Notes: generated by a model not told the origin, from the sequence alone. A stretch of DNA of 64,000 bases from Eimeria praecox (GCA_963920595.1 OY986947.1:1302001-1366000); one strand, 5' to 3'. Shown: positions 26,770-41,000, counted from the stretch's first letter. Numbers and translations are program-made.

Positions 26770-27388
26770 GATGAACCTTCCACTTGACATCAAGGTGCAT
26801 TTTTCTGAAGATACAGAAGGATTGGGCCGTCGTCATGCCAGGCCAAGTTGCGCTTCGGATAACTCCTGGCGAAGCAAATGAGGAGGTGGCGCTCCTCAAG
26901 GATTGCAGCACCACAGGCCCCACTGCGGAATGCTCAGCTGCAGTGCACCCTGATGTTGAACAAGCTCTTGAGTTGCTGCATGAGGCTACACGAGTTGTAA
27001 CGAGTCTCGGTACGTGCTGCAGAGCTTCTGCATACAAAACACCTGATTCTTTTGAGAGGGGAGCCATCGTCCAGCACTTCCGCAGCTTGTCATGCTACAT
27101 ACTGTTTGTGGATCTGAATCAGGTACCTGTGTAGATGGCAACGGAGCTTATCTCGCTGAGGCTTTGAATGTGACTAAACCGCACAGTGACGGGTGCACCA
27201 GCCACATAAGCAGACAAGAGGTTGAGGTAGCTGCTTTGCAGGAGCTTCAGCAGTTGGCGGAGGCAGATTTAGCTGACCTGGAAAAACGGGTTACTGAAGC
27301 TGAAGCAACAGTTAGGAATCTGAAGAGCAAAATCGTGTTGAACAGCCAGACAATTGACCGCCTCGTGGCTTACCGCCTTCTCGGCTAG
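26770..27388 (+). CDS. 3' exons of a small multi-exon gene with a C-terminal coiled coil; 5' end (about 26.3-26.7 kb) unresolved
   Basis: Exon ...EQALELLHEATRVVTSL ends at a GTACGT donor near 27011. The terminal exon follows a TGTAG acceptor near 27133 and encodes LQQLAEADLADLEKRVTEAEATVRNLKSKIVLNSQTIDRLVAYRLLG*. Confidence 0.55.
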
Positions 27389-28869
27389 CAAGAAAACATT
27401 ACCTTCAGCGTTATGTGAAGGCAAGCCTCAGCGTTTCTTTATGGCCAGAGTTCCTTCGAACCTTCCTGTTGGTGTATTTCAGGCCAAAGGTGCTTGTGCA
27501 CGCAACTTTCCAAAGGCGAATGACGCGTATGTATTCAGCCACCTCTTCCTCCTCTCGCCTTTTAAAAATGCGTCATTGTTGCCGCTTGCTTGATCGAAAA
27601 TTGCAACTGGCAATACAATTTATTTCTAAATACACTTGGCTTTAGCGGCGAAAATGTTGTTTCGGTTTTAAACGTCTAGCTGAAGATCCCCATCTATGTT
27701 AAGTTGCATGCAGCCATAAGCATTACCCCCTACCTTCCAATATTGTTAACATGCAGGAAGCATGAACGCTCTACCAAAAGCACGTGGCCTGCTTTGCTTA
27801 TGGTGCTTTCGAATAGTATTATTAAATATTCTTATCTCAAGCCAGCTGTTCTCACCTAGGAAGCCAACACATGCATGGTCTATTGGCGATTACTTCGTTC
27901 CCTAACGCTTGAACACTGTGGAACGAAATTTCAAGCAACAAGCGTTTGATGGGATTAAAGGGTAGGTGAGTAGCATCTCGGAGGCAGTTGCACGTATGAT
28001 ATTCATCCGTCTATAAAGGCAATGTTACTAAATGCAGCACTAGAGCTGCCATGCAGTGAAATCCCACTAGAGTGACGACTAAAAGTGCAAGGTTGGCAAT
28101 TGCACCGCACTCGCCTGGTGGTTGTTGCAGCGTGCAGTTGCATGGCTTATGTGGGTACGTGTGTTCCTCCCGTGCAGGTTCACTAAAGGCCCAGCAAATA
28201 TTTAATGGCTCTCCACGGGGCAGCATACACCGGCTGCATCGACATTTTTAGTGGATGCAGCCACATTGCTGTTGGATCTGTCTGGAGCTGTGGGGAAAGG
28301 GGGCTCGCGTTCGCGCGCAAATCAGCCACCGTTGTGGCATTAGTTCCAGCATGCCGCGTTGCGATACATAACAAGCTTTCTCTTTTCATTTGCGCCAGGC
28401 ATCTGGGCTGCTCTGGTCAGGACTCCTCAAGACCGCAGGGCAGTTCAATTGTCTTTTTTGACAGTTGACGCTTGATATTTTTAGCAAAACCGAGCACCAC
28501 AGCAACTTAGGCTTTTGCTTGCATTAGAGTTGCTGCTTGAACGCATCGATCATTCCCTAGGTTAAGAAACCCTGCAATGGGGACCTACTTAGGTGCCCAG
28601 CACAGATTTGCCAAGGGCAGCTAAGAGGGTATCACTGCTGTTTAAGAGATCACCCTGGTTCTTCAATATGAATACGGTGTTCTGGAGTAAAAGCAGGAGA
28701 GAAGAAACTCGGACTCACTGATAAGGAGAATGCCTTACCCTCTGCAGTTCCTCAATCGAGTCAGGAGGTTAGCAGCCACACCTGACTTTATCATTGGAAG
28801 CCCTTTTGCGACTACCTACTGGGTTTTCGTTGCCCTATGTTGCCTGGAAGAAGCCGTACGGCTTTGAGA

Positions 28870-30700
28870 GAACTACAGGCTGCTGTTTATACAATTGCTG
28901 GTGATGATGAGGACCAGTTTCCGAAGGTCTTCGTATTCATTGAACTGTCCCGTTTCCTTAGTTGCATTGGTTGGCGGAGTGTCTTGCATTACAGAAGCAA
29001 AACAAATCCACCGTAAATCTCAGCGAAGTGATGCTACAGCGCCCTGGTGGGTGCGACGATCACCCATACAGCTAAAGCCGCACAGCGCAAAAAAGAATCC
29101 GACTTTCGCTAGAAGCACCTAATGGATAAAGTACGCTACCTCAGCGAAGACTGCCCTCTCCAACTGAAGCAATGTCATGTTACGACCTTATCCGAATGCA
29201 TCTGACCTGCAGTCTCCCGGCTTTCTGTGCATAGCGGTTCCTGGGTCTAAGGCTGATGCGCAGACAAGCGTATCCAATCCCATATCCAATATGCCCCCTA
29301 TCTAAAGAAAATTGTTAAGCATTAAACTTCTCGTTTAACGGGGGCTTATCAGCCTGTAATCAGTCCGTACGCCAGAAGAAGCGCAAGGCCCAAATCGATG
29401 AGGACACATTACATGTGGTCTTGTCTGTCTTCCAAGCTGCACAAGTGTTCCCATACCTGGATGCAATACAATACGTCGGCGAAGCCCGAGGCGAAATGAA
29501 CAGTGGAGAAGGGCCAGTGTCAGAAACAGTGAGAAAAGAAGCAGGGAAAAAGCAAAACATCTATAGAGGCACGTGCTTGTCCTGCTTCTGTCGGAACTCA
29601 TGGTGTTGAGCTCGTGGCGCTGAGGCAACCTGCTGCTCTGCGTGCCGTTAGGGTTAGCTGATAGCCTCACTTTAACGCGCGCAGCCGAATGGAGCAAAAA
29701 ATATGATTTGATTTAACTCGTCGCCCCAGAGCGTCCTAGCTGACAAAAGGCGCACGAGTCCGCTCAACACTGAAAGGGGCCTAGCGTAAACGTATGTTCT
29801 CCAGGGCAGTGATCCAGCTAAGCGTGAATGGAGGAGAGTATATCGCTGAGAGAGGATAATGAATGCAGAAAGATCAGACAAGTAAAAATATATCAGTGGT
29901 TGGAGTAACCCGACAGTGCAACTGAAGGCAACAGGTTATGCGCGTGCCCAAACTCAGCAGTTATATGCAGGGAGCGCAGTAAATCCCCCCGAAGAAATGA
30001 TTCTCACAAACGACTCTTAAGCGAGCACCGGGGAATTCGTTTTCATGGATATTTTACTTGCAATTAGCGTTTCCTGGGTCCGCTGCGAGGCAATAAGTGA
30101 GTGTATAGAATCTCAATCACTTTCAGTTACTCTTTTTCGCAATGCCGCTGCCGCTGATTTCTCCCAAGTGCACAAGGGATTTTAGGGTATCAACGCAGTA
30201 GTTTGGCACTAAGTGGGTGGTGCTTTCTTCACGTCGGATGTACATGTACAATATAAGGCAAATGGGTTCGTCTTAGGTGAACATATGCACGAAGGATAAC
30301 TTGACTTGGTCGCTCCGCTCCGTTCTTCCAGAACATATGGGGCCTCAAAAAGAATGTTACATGGATATATGGCACGGTGGAGAACCATTCGTCCAATTAT
30401 CTGTCTTGCTTCCCTGTGCATTTTCAATAAATTCGAGCTGCCTGAAGATTGTACACTCTGCAGGAAACCGGTTAATGGTGAGCGTGGCCGTTTTCTTTGC
30501 ACCTATATGAAGACATAATCTTTTACTGGCCCAGCAGAATGAGGTGGCCACCTGCTTCACTTTTATGCTGCCGCTACCACCACGTAAGTCTAATGTAGGA
30601 TGATGAATATTCTGCAGAGGGACTCTGCGGAGAGGAAAGGGACGGGAAAGCGACGGATCCCTTGCCTCGTCTATCCCCGACACAGGCCACAGGGTATGGA
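28870..30700 (+). other. Possible fragmented multi-exon gene or pseudogene, product unknown
   Basis: Several AG...GT-bounded, protein-like segments (AAVYTIAGDDEDQFPK; SVRQKKRKAQIDEDTLHVVLSVFQAAQVFPYLDAIQYV; VNICTKDNLTWSLRSVLPEHMGPQKECYMDIWH). I could not join them into one frame. Confidence 0.3.
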
Positions 30701-33700
30701 GTAGCACGTAGCAAACTGCGTTATAGGGATCGCGCCGGCTGAATGCGCCATCAGCCCCTTTCTTGATAGCCTCATGCTTGACTGTGAGCTCGCACTGCCT
30801 CAAAGAGCAAAAGGGGAAGGACACCCTTTCGTTGACGAAATCGTACGAACTCTTAGACAACAATGCCACGAAGTGAAAAAAATTTAGAAGCATCATGTTC
30901 CATGCGAGCGCAGAATTCTTAAACATTGAAATTCACACATCTGCAAGCTCTTAGCCTGATAACCTAAAACCGTCCTGATGGGATTTTGGTAATTTGGGCG
31001 CCTTAGCGATTGAGTGGCACCATGCTAATATTCGCGGCAGCTCTTGTGCCGTCGCCGGTTTTTGTTAAATTTGCACGTTTATGCATTGTTAATGCAGTGT
31101 CGCCGCTTCGCCGTAGGTTTGCATTCTTATACACAGCCACCGTCCTAGTTTTTATTAGTCCTTTATATTGCTGCCCCGCTTTCTGAACTGGAAATTCGAT
31201 GGTGCCCTGAAAATGGGATCCTAGGCAACCAAATTAATGTAGGTTGAAGCGCGAAAGAGAGTCAGAACGGTCCATTCCACTAATATATCATGCAATCAAG
31301 TTAAGGAGAACGGGGCCAGTTGTAAACGCACATGAAGCATAGATATTCACTTATGTGCCTGGAACGCCTCTCCTAAAGGGTTGAGCAACCTATAAACGAA
31401 CTTCTGGGGACAAAAATAAGCGTGAATCTGATTGATCGCCAAGTGAGGGACCTACCCCGTCTGGCGATCAGCCAGATTCAGGACATTCTACCTCAGTCAG
31501 GCAATGAAGGTCTAATACTCTTGGAACTTTACTGCTCATCTTTTTGCGTTTTCTTGGCAACGTAGAACGTGCGTACTAGAATGTTTTGGCGTTTTGTGTG
31601 AACACCGTAAATGAATTGACAAAGCCAGGACTGTTAGAGAGAAGCTCGTAGGGAAGCATACCATGCTCTGTTACACCTGTGAATCGCTCTCCTTTCAATC
31701 TCGAACTGCCCAACTACTGCTGGATGGGGCGCCCTTCCCACGCTCCACTCACTATTAGAATCCGGGAGGCTCCCAAGTTTCCTTACTGGTAACCAGTTGA
31801 GAGTAGTGCCCAATATTGCCCCAGCAAAATTGTTCCTGAGGCAAGAACAAGCTTACTTGTCCGATCGTCTGCGAGTATCACAGTTGATCAACAAGCACTG
31901 GAGAGTACACCTTCCTAGACCCTCTCACTGGTATGATGTTACAAATACGCTGGATACTTTTGCTGGCAAGTTTACTTGCAGTTATAAAACTGGATGTCTT
32001 CTCAGCTCATGTGCTCCACCGACAAAAGCACTGAGACACCAAAATACTGTTGATCGCGAAGCGGGGCCGTCAAGTTGTCCAGAGTGACTCGCGCAACGAC
32101 ATGCCAACTTTATCCCGGTGGGGAAATTACGGAAGCCCTCCAATTTTGTAACAGCATCCATATTTGACCTGAGGGATGGTGGGGGGCTGGCGGGAACCCG
32201 TCAGGAATACTGAGGATAATCAGACGATTAGTTCCTTGTCCACAGTAGCAACGTTGATGAAGGCTCTTGGCCGCTGCGGGTTTGTTAGAGAAATTCGTTT
32301 AGCTGTCATGCTTATTATTTGCGTGTATGCCTGTGATGAACGGTGGATGACCGTGCATAAGATATTGTAAGGCTCATTTCATACACCCCGCTAGCTGGGT
32401 TGAGTTGCCGCAGCCGCAGTCCTCTTCACCTATCTGGCGTAATCTGCGCATGCCCCAACTGACGCCCACCAGCTTACCCAGCGACATTTCCAGGTGTAAT
32501 GTACACAGCAACAGCAATGCTGATAATATCAGATTGCTCTAGCGGACATCTGCGGAGGGTGAACAACATCATTAACACGCTACCCTGCGCATTCGACGCC
32601 AAAGGCAGCAGACAGGTTACGCACATGAAAACCGCCCCCAGACAATTCAACTAAGGTGTTCCAAACACGCCATTGTCTGCCTCAAATGGGGCCTTTGCAT
32701 ATCAAAGATCAAAACATTCCAAGCTGGCGTCAACATCGATACCTCGTGTGCTTGTGTAGACAGGTTTACAGCACCGGCTCTGTATGTGTTGACTGCTGGC
32801 CTATTGCGGGTTTTTGCGAAGGGTTTACAGAGCCTCGAGCTCGACGAAGCGCAAGCGAGTACTTTTTCAATGTGAAAGTCGTCATGCAGTCAGGTACATG
32901 CCCCGGGTGCTTCATCATTTATTTAGGGCCTACCTCCTGAAAAGCGTTTCGGTTAAGGATGAAGCCTTGGCTCCAAAAGCAAACGAATTTTTACTGCTAA
33001 CAACGAAAAAACACGGGAATTGGCGAACGTTAATGAGAGAAGAATCAGAGGTCTGCGCAGACTTTCTCTAGCCTTTCATCCACTTTCGGGCGCCAAAGTT
33101 GCAAAGGCAATATGAGTATCTTTCCTTCAGGGTTCAGTAACAAAAGCGAGTCACCTGTATTACAACTGACACTGCAGCACCTTGGCTTAAAGGGTCAAAA
33201 GCGTAATCGTGTATACCGGCTGCATGTACAGCTATATTCTTAATGACTATTTTTCCTTCTGCTAAGCACTTCATCTGTGAATTGCCTGCTGATGCTCCTC
33301 GTTGATCCGTCGCGGGAGATAACAGCGTAGGCACGTAGCCTGCCCTGTGTACCCGAAAAGCCGAACTTGATTCAGTGGAGGCCTTCCCCTTCGCCTACAA
33401 CTGCTTGCTCGCCTCAGGAAAACCGGGAGTTTCACGGGCGATCTTGCATATTCTGTCCAGAACGCGTGACTATGAAGCGTCCTGCTGAAAACCCAAGACT
33501 CGAGGGATTGCAGACGTATTGTTCGCTTCGGATCAGCTTGCTGAAAGCACGAAAAGGCTAAATGCTACATGCTGCAGTGTGGCTTTTTGGGGAAGCCCCA
33601 CAGTTCCTGGGAGTGAACTTTCCACGGAAAAACGTGGCGGGGAGAAACGAGCGCTTTCCCGCCAGTATGGGATATGTAATGTAACCTATGACTCAGTATC

Positions 33701-33949
33701 CATCTTCCAAGTCTAGAATATTCATGACCAGTACCTTGCGTTTCCAAAATCGCTTTCCCGCCTAGCGTGGTAGCGATATTCAATTCAGTTATCTCGATGT
33801 TGCCCTCGAACATCGTGCAGGTGCGTACTTGGGCAAGCGCGTCGGCTCAAAATACGGGCCGTAGTACAACGACGAGAGCCAGATCTGCTCCTTGCACAGA
33901 GCGGAGTCACGCTTTATACGAGGACGGCAGGCGTAGCTGTCCAAACAGA

Positions 33950-36000
33950 AGTGCAAGCGTGCTCGGCGTTTATCAGAGAAGGATGGATGCCAAAATTCAT
34001 TTCCGCATTTGCGGATCAAGACGAATAATTTGTACATCTGTCTGCGTTTGGACCTGGCTTAAAGCCATATAGAATACCTGAATAGTTACCTTATGTTCCT
34101 TCCAGACGCAGGAGAGATCTGCAAAGGAATTCCTACTTATTCAAGGAACAATGCAGCTGGAGCCTAAGGGGTGGATGCTTGCCATAATGATTTTCCCTTA
34201 TATTGCAGGCTATCCGCGGTGGATAGAGGCTGGATACCTTCGGTGTGCCCAATGTATCGCTCTCAAATCTTACCCATCAGCCTTGTCTGCTTGCGAGAAA
34301 CTATTGCTGCCGGAGACCAGGGTATCGGAAACGGCCAGGGTACGTACAGGCATTTCAACCGTAAACAACCATCCCAAGCACTAACACGTTATTTCCGTCT
34401 GTAACATGGCTAAAGGAGAGAAGAGCTCGCCGCATGGCTTCAAGGGGCTGCTCTCTGGCTATCGTAATCCAGCTAACACGGCTTTAGACTTTGTAGTGAA
34501 GCAAAACTACCCTCCTCATGAGCCCCTGAAAGGGGCAAAGAGAGCGCCGGCCAAAAGCATACTGGAAAGCAGGGAGGTACCTGCAACAAAAGTTCATTGA
34601 TGCCCTTACTAGGCATAAGCACCTTCGTTTAAAGCTCAACTGAGATCAATTAAACGGGGGGGGAAAGGCGTCTCATGAAAACAAACAGCCCCGCAGCAAC
34701 TTGCCCCTACTGGCACGCAATAAGAATATCGACAAGCAACAAGATAATCTTGGAGTCATGGTTTTGACAACTCACGAGAAATGCGGTGAAAGCCCCACGA
34801 ACAACAAGCAGAAGTCGACGGCCCATCCCAGTTTTGGTGTGGTGCCTCAGTTGTTCGATTACTGTGGGTCTCTTGCTCAAACAAAAAAAAGTGCTTGACA
34901 GGCTTTCAGGCGAGTAAGTCGAAAAGACAATGGCCCACCGGGGCAGTGGGCCTCATGCACCTTTTGGAAATACATTGTTCTGGCGTTACAGCGGAATAGC
35001 CCCCAAGTTTTAAACCCCCACATCTTAGGCCTGACTGCTATTGCTGGAGATTCACCGTCGCCCCCACTACTCAATGGGGTGGCCAAAAGCCCTTTCTGGA
35101 GGTCGCCTCCAACAATAAGAAGCTTAATACAGGTCGATCAGGTGCCACTACGGTGGGAGCTAGTGCTACAAGGCAGAGGTTCCCACAACCCCATATGCTT
35201 TCTCCACGCCAGAGCGCTCGATAAGACACCTGCTGATGCTACTGAATTCGCTTGTTTCTACGGCCCCTCGCAGTGGTCGCTGGTGATATCTCTACAGTTC
35301 CCTGCTTCCAATTTTGCGCATCGCGTAAAGAATGTTGGTGCATGTTCGCCTGAGTAGCTGTGAAGCCCCAACAGTCGTCGTGTGATGCTGACTGTCCTAC
35401 AGAACATGGAGGAGCCTCCCTTGCGAGCAGATACGATGGCTACGGTGGCAGCTGCTTGCGCTATGCCCAGCAATCGGTGTCAGCGGAGTGCTATATACCG
35501 CTTGCTCAATCACTGCGCTTTACCATGCTGGGCTGCGTTTGCAACCTCATACCTTGTCGGCGCTAGCTGAGCCTCATGCCCCAACATGGGCTGTGTTTTC
35601 TTCGATTCTGATGCTCTTCTTGGAACAGCCCCGCTGAGTCCCAGTGAGAAGAAAAGCGTATCATTGGGTGGTCATTCTATTGATGTGCTCCACGTGATTC
35701 GCAGTGAAAGGTACTGACCTGAAATCCTACAGCAAGGCATCTTGACCTCTACAGTTTCCAAAAACTTGTTAAGGAGTTGGCCGACACGGTTGAAGCGGCT
35801 TGCAGCGATAAGTCTACACCGTTGTCCCAACTAACGCTCAACACACTGTTACTGATTATCATTGCTGCTGTCTCAAAAGGTTTGTTGTTTGCAGAATTCG
35901 CTTTAGTAATATTAAAGCATAAATTGGGCATCCGCAGCAAATCCTCTTACCCTTAGGGGGTGAGGAAAGGAGGAGGGGAGACACAACGAGTTAAGCGTAA
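33950..36000 (+). mobile_element. Highly degenerate Ty3/Gypsy pol relic (possible RT start plus integrase)
   Basis: AQSLRFTMLGCVCNLIPCRR* (about 35505-35566) resembles the integrase linker KSLNQKPAGLLQxLxIPxRRW. ELADTVE near 35775 and FIREGWMPKF near 33970 resemble integrase and RT motifs. Confidence 0.4.
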
Positions 36001-37059
36001 TAAACACTGACAATGTTCCTACCCGTGTAGATGACCCAGTTTCCATCGCACATGTATGACAGCAGTTTGGTATGTTTGGTGAGGTAATGCTGGGTGGTGA
36101 TACGGGCAGCAGAAAGCCGAGAAAACCTGTGTGTCTACATTTGCCTAGACCGCTGATCACCTTCCCGTTGGGCGAATAATAGTGTTCATCGGTACAGGAA
36201 TGACGAGGAAAGGGATGGCTGATACAAATATGCATGTGAGAGAAGTAGATCGCTGCTATGGTCTAGGGAGCTAGTGTGGTGTAGTACAGAGGTTCCAGTG
36301 TACGCACCGAAAACGCCTACCAGGTTGTGTTCCCTGATCCTCCATCCTAGGGGGACTCAGACCACTGCTGATTCTGGTGTTACTTAAACCTTAAGGTCCC
36401 GAGAATTGGAGGCATCTGCAATACTACTGATACTGGCGGTCTTCACGGTGATTAGCACGTAAGGCGTCAATGGATTTCCCACCGCAGGTCAGGACTACCC
36501 TTTTGGCTGCTCGAAACTCGCTTGCCAATGATGACGTCTACTCGTCATGTGACTTTGTATTACCGCAGATGGGATCTAATTTGAGTGGCCGGCCTGAAGG
36601 AGGGGACATCCCGTATGACGAACCGTATGACCTGTCGGTAGTGGTCAAGTGCTTGGTCCAGGGTCTTGCATGTCCTTCTTCTGAAAAGTTTTCGGCGAAA
36701 AGCTGCGAGGGAGGGTGGTTTTGAAGTACCGCTTAATGCTATCGCCTATTGCTTCGAGTTCCGGGCGAGGGCTGCTATTGCGTGCTGTTCGCTATTCGAG
36801 ACGACATGGAACAGCGAAAATATGGACGGAGGTTTTAGCTTCTCCTGCGAACGAGTAAGGAATTAGGGTTCTCGCGAACCTGCGATAAATGGGGAGAAAG
36901 GGCCGCCCGAGGAGTGTGATTTTCATTTAGAAGCGTGCCAACTACCAATTCTCCGCAGGACTGCCTCTAAAGCTCTCTTCTTGAGGCCTGAAGAAGAGCT
37001 CCCGACAGTGAAGGTGGGTTCGCCATTAGTGGTTTGTCTAGGGATTGTTCTCAGGCTAA

Positions 37060-38050
37060 ATTGCAATGACGAAATATGCGCGAGTATGGGCAGAATCGTG
37101 GGAAGCCGCCCTCAACCCTTCTCGCTGAGAAGCAGCGCAGGCGTGCTTGCTGGTAATGACGTAGCTGGGATGGCGGGTTCCCAAAAGATTGCGGCCGGCA
37201 AGGAGTGAAAATCTCATGCAAACGAGCTGAAAAGGGTTTACCGTCCAGCAGGCATTCTTTTCTAATAGACATGGATTGGCAAGGTGCAGAAGGCCGGGTG
37301 GGAAGGTTGAAGAGGGGGGACAGAAAAAAGTCGCAAAGTCGATGGCTGCATACCCGCTGAGTTCACCTGCCGGAATAGCAGTTGCTTGATGTTTTGCCTG
37401 GTCGAAGGGCATATTTTTCACACGCAGGTTCTTTTATGCTCTGGGAGCATGGAAGGAGTCCTTCAGAGCTTGCCGCACATACCAAGAGGTGGTATAAGTG
37501 GCACAGCAGACGCCAAAAACCGGCGTGGTGGCGGCACAATCATGCGCATTGGGGAAGGTGCCCCTAAAAAAAAATACTTAACTGTCCTTCTTCGGGTTGG
37601 CGGTATTTAAACAACTGGCCAATTATTACCCACTGAAGCGCGAAAGAGGGTTAGGCGTTGAGGCGGATGATACTGCTGAGCTAAGAGCCATTTTTGCTTT
37701 GGCCGCGCGATACAGTAAGTCGAGATATGGGCATCTACCTTTCCTAAAACATACCCTGCTTTGCGCTAATGAGCGGGTATATCCCAGTTAAAGCTACATA
37801 TGTCGTTTCGCATTCGGAAAAAGAAACTCGGAATAGGAGGGTTCGAGGTATATGGGGCCTTGCTGGAGAAATGGTTGCTGGATTTTTGACAAACACAAGT
37901 AACCTAAGTCGACCTGGGCCATTTGCCGTTGTTAGCATCAGGAGAGTACGGCGCTGTGCTCTGCGCCATTTGCCGTTGTTAGCATCCGGATTGTACGGCG
38001 TGCTAGTGGCGGAACAGATTTCTAGAAGAGCTGCAGCAAATACTTAGCGC
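37060..38050 (+). mobile_element. Degenerate Ty3/Gypsy integrase relic ending in a GPF motif
   Basis: CASMGRIVGSRPQPF (about 37075), LWEHGRSP (about 37440) and RPGPFAVVSI (about 37910) occur in integrase order and with plausible spacing. Confidence 0.4.
37918..38004 (+). repeat. Imperfect tandem duplication, period 47 nt
   Basis: GCCATTTGCCGTTGTTAGCATC(A/C)GGA(GA/TT)GTACGGCG at 37918 and at 37965. Confidence 0.9.
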
Positions 38051-41000
38051 TGAGAACCACAAATCTTAGGGATTTCTCTGCTTTCGCAGGCTTAGGGCAT
38101 CGTAGACCGTCGCCTCTGCTTCAATAACTTTGCTTGTGTTGCTGCTGCTGCGGCTGTTGTTGCGCCTGCAGCAGCAGCAAATGTGCTGATAAGGCACTAC
38201 CTTGCTTTATGCTCCGCAGGTACCGGAGTTACTCTTTTTCTCACGGGAACACACAAGCAATTCATGCCCCACCTAACCTCAATGCGCGCTCTTCTAGAGC
38301 AGCAAATCCTTGGGGGGCTATCCCTGGGTATAGAAGCAATGAGAGGTCAATCGGCTACACGGGAAGATGGCAATGCCATAGAAGTTATCCCAAAAAGAAT
38401 GGATAAAGAAGTGAGGGTTGATAATCGTCTTTGAATTAGAGCGTCCAGCTCTTTGCCGGGCATAGGGAGGAAAAGTTAACTTTGCACACACTAAAAATGC
38501 CACTGATGCAAATTAGCTGTGGGGTTTTGGAGGCCAACTTGGTAACCGCGCGAAGCAATATTCAGTGGTTTCGTCCAGACGTGACTTTGTGAATAGCAGA
38601 TATGCTTGGCTCCTGCAAGGCAGATTGCATATCGAAATATTCGATGAGCGCGCATGGCGGAAGTATTTTTCTCGTTCAAGAAGAGAACTTCAGAGAAGCA
38701 AAAGGCTCTGACGCCAGTAAGGCTGAAACGTCTTATCAGGGGAACTCCAAGAATCTACGGTACTGGTGGCTGACGAGCTGGGTGCTAGACACGAATAATT
38801 ACACCTTCTTAATGCTACGGGGGTTCTGTTCTGCGGCTACAGATTAGCTCGGCGCTTGGAAGTGCTGTTGTAGTAGATTTGGCTACGATGTGCCCTGTGG
38901 CCAGCGCTGCTGCTAATGTTGAAGATTTAGCAAATATAATAATGCAAGAAAATTATGTCAATCGTGAATTTGACACCAACTAAAAGGATAGTTGGGAATA
39001 ATCGGCATGCAATGCCGAAAAATTCAACAACAGTAAGCCCTTTTTAATTTAGTTGCGCTGCAGTTTAAGCTACTGTGGCGTATTTTTTTTGTTTGGTCCG
39101 GCCGCCCAGGAATTACCACTAGATGTCGCAGCGGAAAGCTGCGCTGTCAGCTTAGTTGGCTATGATATGGGTATCGCGCAGAAAAAATTGCGGGTGGTCA
39201 CGAAGCTAGTCCAGCAGACGCAATCCGGCAATTGTAGAAAGAATACGGTCTTCAAAAATTCTTGCCCAGTCGTTTGAGAAGAAGTGCTGGGATAGGCACT
39301 TTTGCACACATTTAGGGCTCCACGCGAACAGCGCCCAAATCGGGCAGCGGTAGCGCAGAGTACTAAGGTGACCTCTGGTAGGCTAGTCTTGAACATCTGC
39401 AACGCTCTTGCTAGTTTGTTTTGCATATCAAGCATTCTACGAAATGAGCTAGCCAGACTTGCCTTATGCAAAAGTTTTTCTTTCGAGGCAAGCCAAGGTT
39501 TGCCATGAGTCATTCGCTGCTTACTCTGCAGAGATGCTCAATGCATCCGATGATGGACACTCCCCCTAGCGGGAAGATTTGACATGCAATGGAATCTGCG
39601 AAAAAAGAAAATAACGGACACTTGTGGTAATCCACCAATTGTACAAGCATTTAGCCAAAACATCAACGGATTACGTGAAGATCTTAGCTGCGCATTTTTA
39701 GGGCACAAACATTGAGAAAGAAAGTAACAATGGGTTAAAGGATACACCATGCCACCGAGAATGCATCAGGCGTAGGGACTACCTCACTTTCACCTAGTAA
39801 TGGTAGGTACAAGACGTTGAGGACAGGGTTCTGGAACGCTTCTGAAAAGCTTCCGTAGTAGCGCGCTTATTGGGAGCCAGCATTCAGTTTAAACGTTGAA
39901 AAAGGCAAAGGTATAGATGGGGAAACTTTGGCAAATAGTTGCAACGAAACTGGATCGGTCAGACAGATTTCTGCTGTGTAAATAATTTTCAGGCTTGCGT
40001 CCACTTGAGAAAAGCCGAGATGGCATAAGGCAATCCTCAGCTTCACCTCAAGCGAATGGCACTTACCTTTCTTGAATTGCCCGAAGTAAGTCAGAGCCTG
40101 CTAGGAAGACTGAGTTGCCCGACGACGGCTACAGACGCAAGGCACCCACCAATCCCCACTATTGCATGATTGGTTATAAGCCCGCCGAATGGAGAAAGAA
40201 GACAGCTGAGAAAGGAACTGCTTTTTGGATGCCAGCTTGTGCTTTACATCAGGCACGGATGCCTAAGTCCCAATTTTTCCTCTCCGCGAATTGGATGCGC
40301 AGCTTCGTTATAGAAATTTTTTTTTCGAAAATCACCTCTGGTTCATCGTAACTTCGCTAATCTCTGGAGGCGAGGCGCTGACATCATAAAATTGTTTTCC
40401 CCAAACCCGGGTGAGCCCACTGTGCAGTGTGTCGCCAATGACATAAATTGCCATCATTCGGTTCGCTCATGTGGGTAAAAACGGGAGAGCAGGTTCAGAT
40501 GTCATCTCGCTATTGTCAGAATTCTGCTAGTAAGTCACCCGCCCAATTTTTGTAAGGGCTCGGTGTTCACCGCAAATCGTGTGCTTTAACCCAAGAATAC
40601 CATCCTCTCCACAGGAAGGAGGAATGTGCCAGATAAATCTGTCTGGTGAAACTTTAGCGAAAGCAAAAAACGCCGGTGAACTTCGGTTTGCAAGTATAGC
40701 GAGTTGAGCCTTGCATCAGGGCCAGAATGTAAAATTGTTCAATTTTTTGCACATATATTCTGCGCAGACTGGATCTCAACAAGCCCTTGTGGGCATAATG
40801 AAAAACAATGCCTTTTATACGGCGCTTGTTCACATCTTCAGCATATGCATAACCAAAGGTGACGATACTGAACTGGAAACTGAATGATTGGTGTAGGTGA
40901 GGATGTGCATTAACCGGTGTGCGTGCTTCAGTCGATGCCCTTTTAGATTAGTCGAAAAATATCTAATTATCACCGTCCGAGCAACGCAGTAGCGGTCTTA

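Noticed and set aside
31800..32300. Minus-strand integrase-like words (VTLDNLTAP / NSILV)
   Set aside because: Too weak to call alone; may belong to the relic field
37918..38004. Repeat-spacer-repeat pattern resembling CRISPR
   Set aside because: Only two copies, the spacers are also similar, there are no cas genes and the context is eukaryotic; it is a tandem duplication
38139..38180. Hairpin TTGCTGCTGCTGC...GCAGCAGCAGCAA as an ncRNA or terminator
   Set aside because: Explained by opposing CTG/CAG simple repeats
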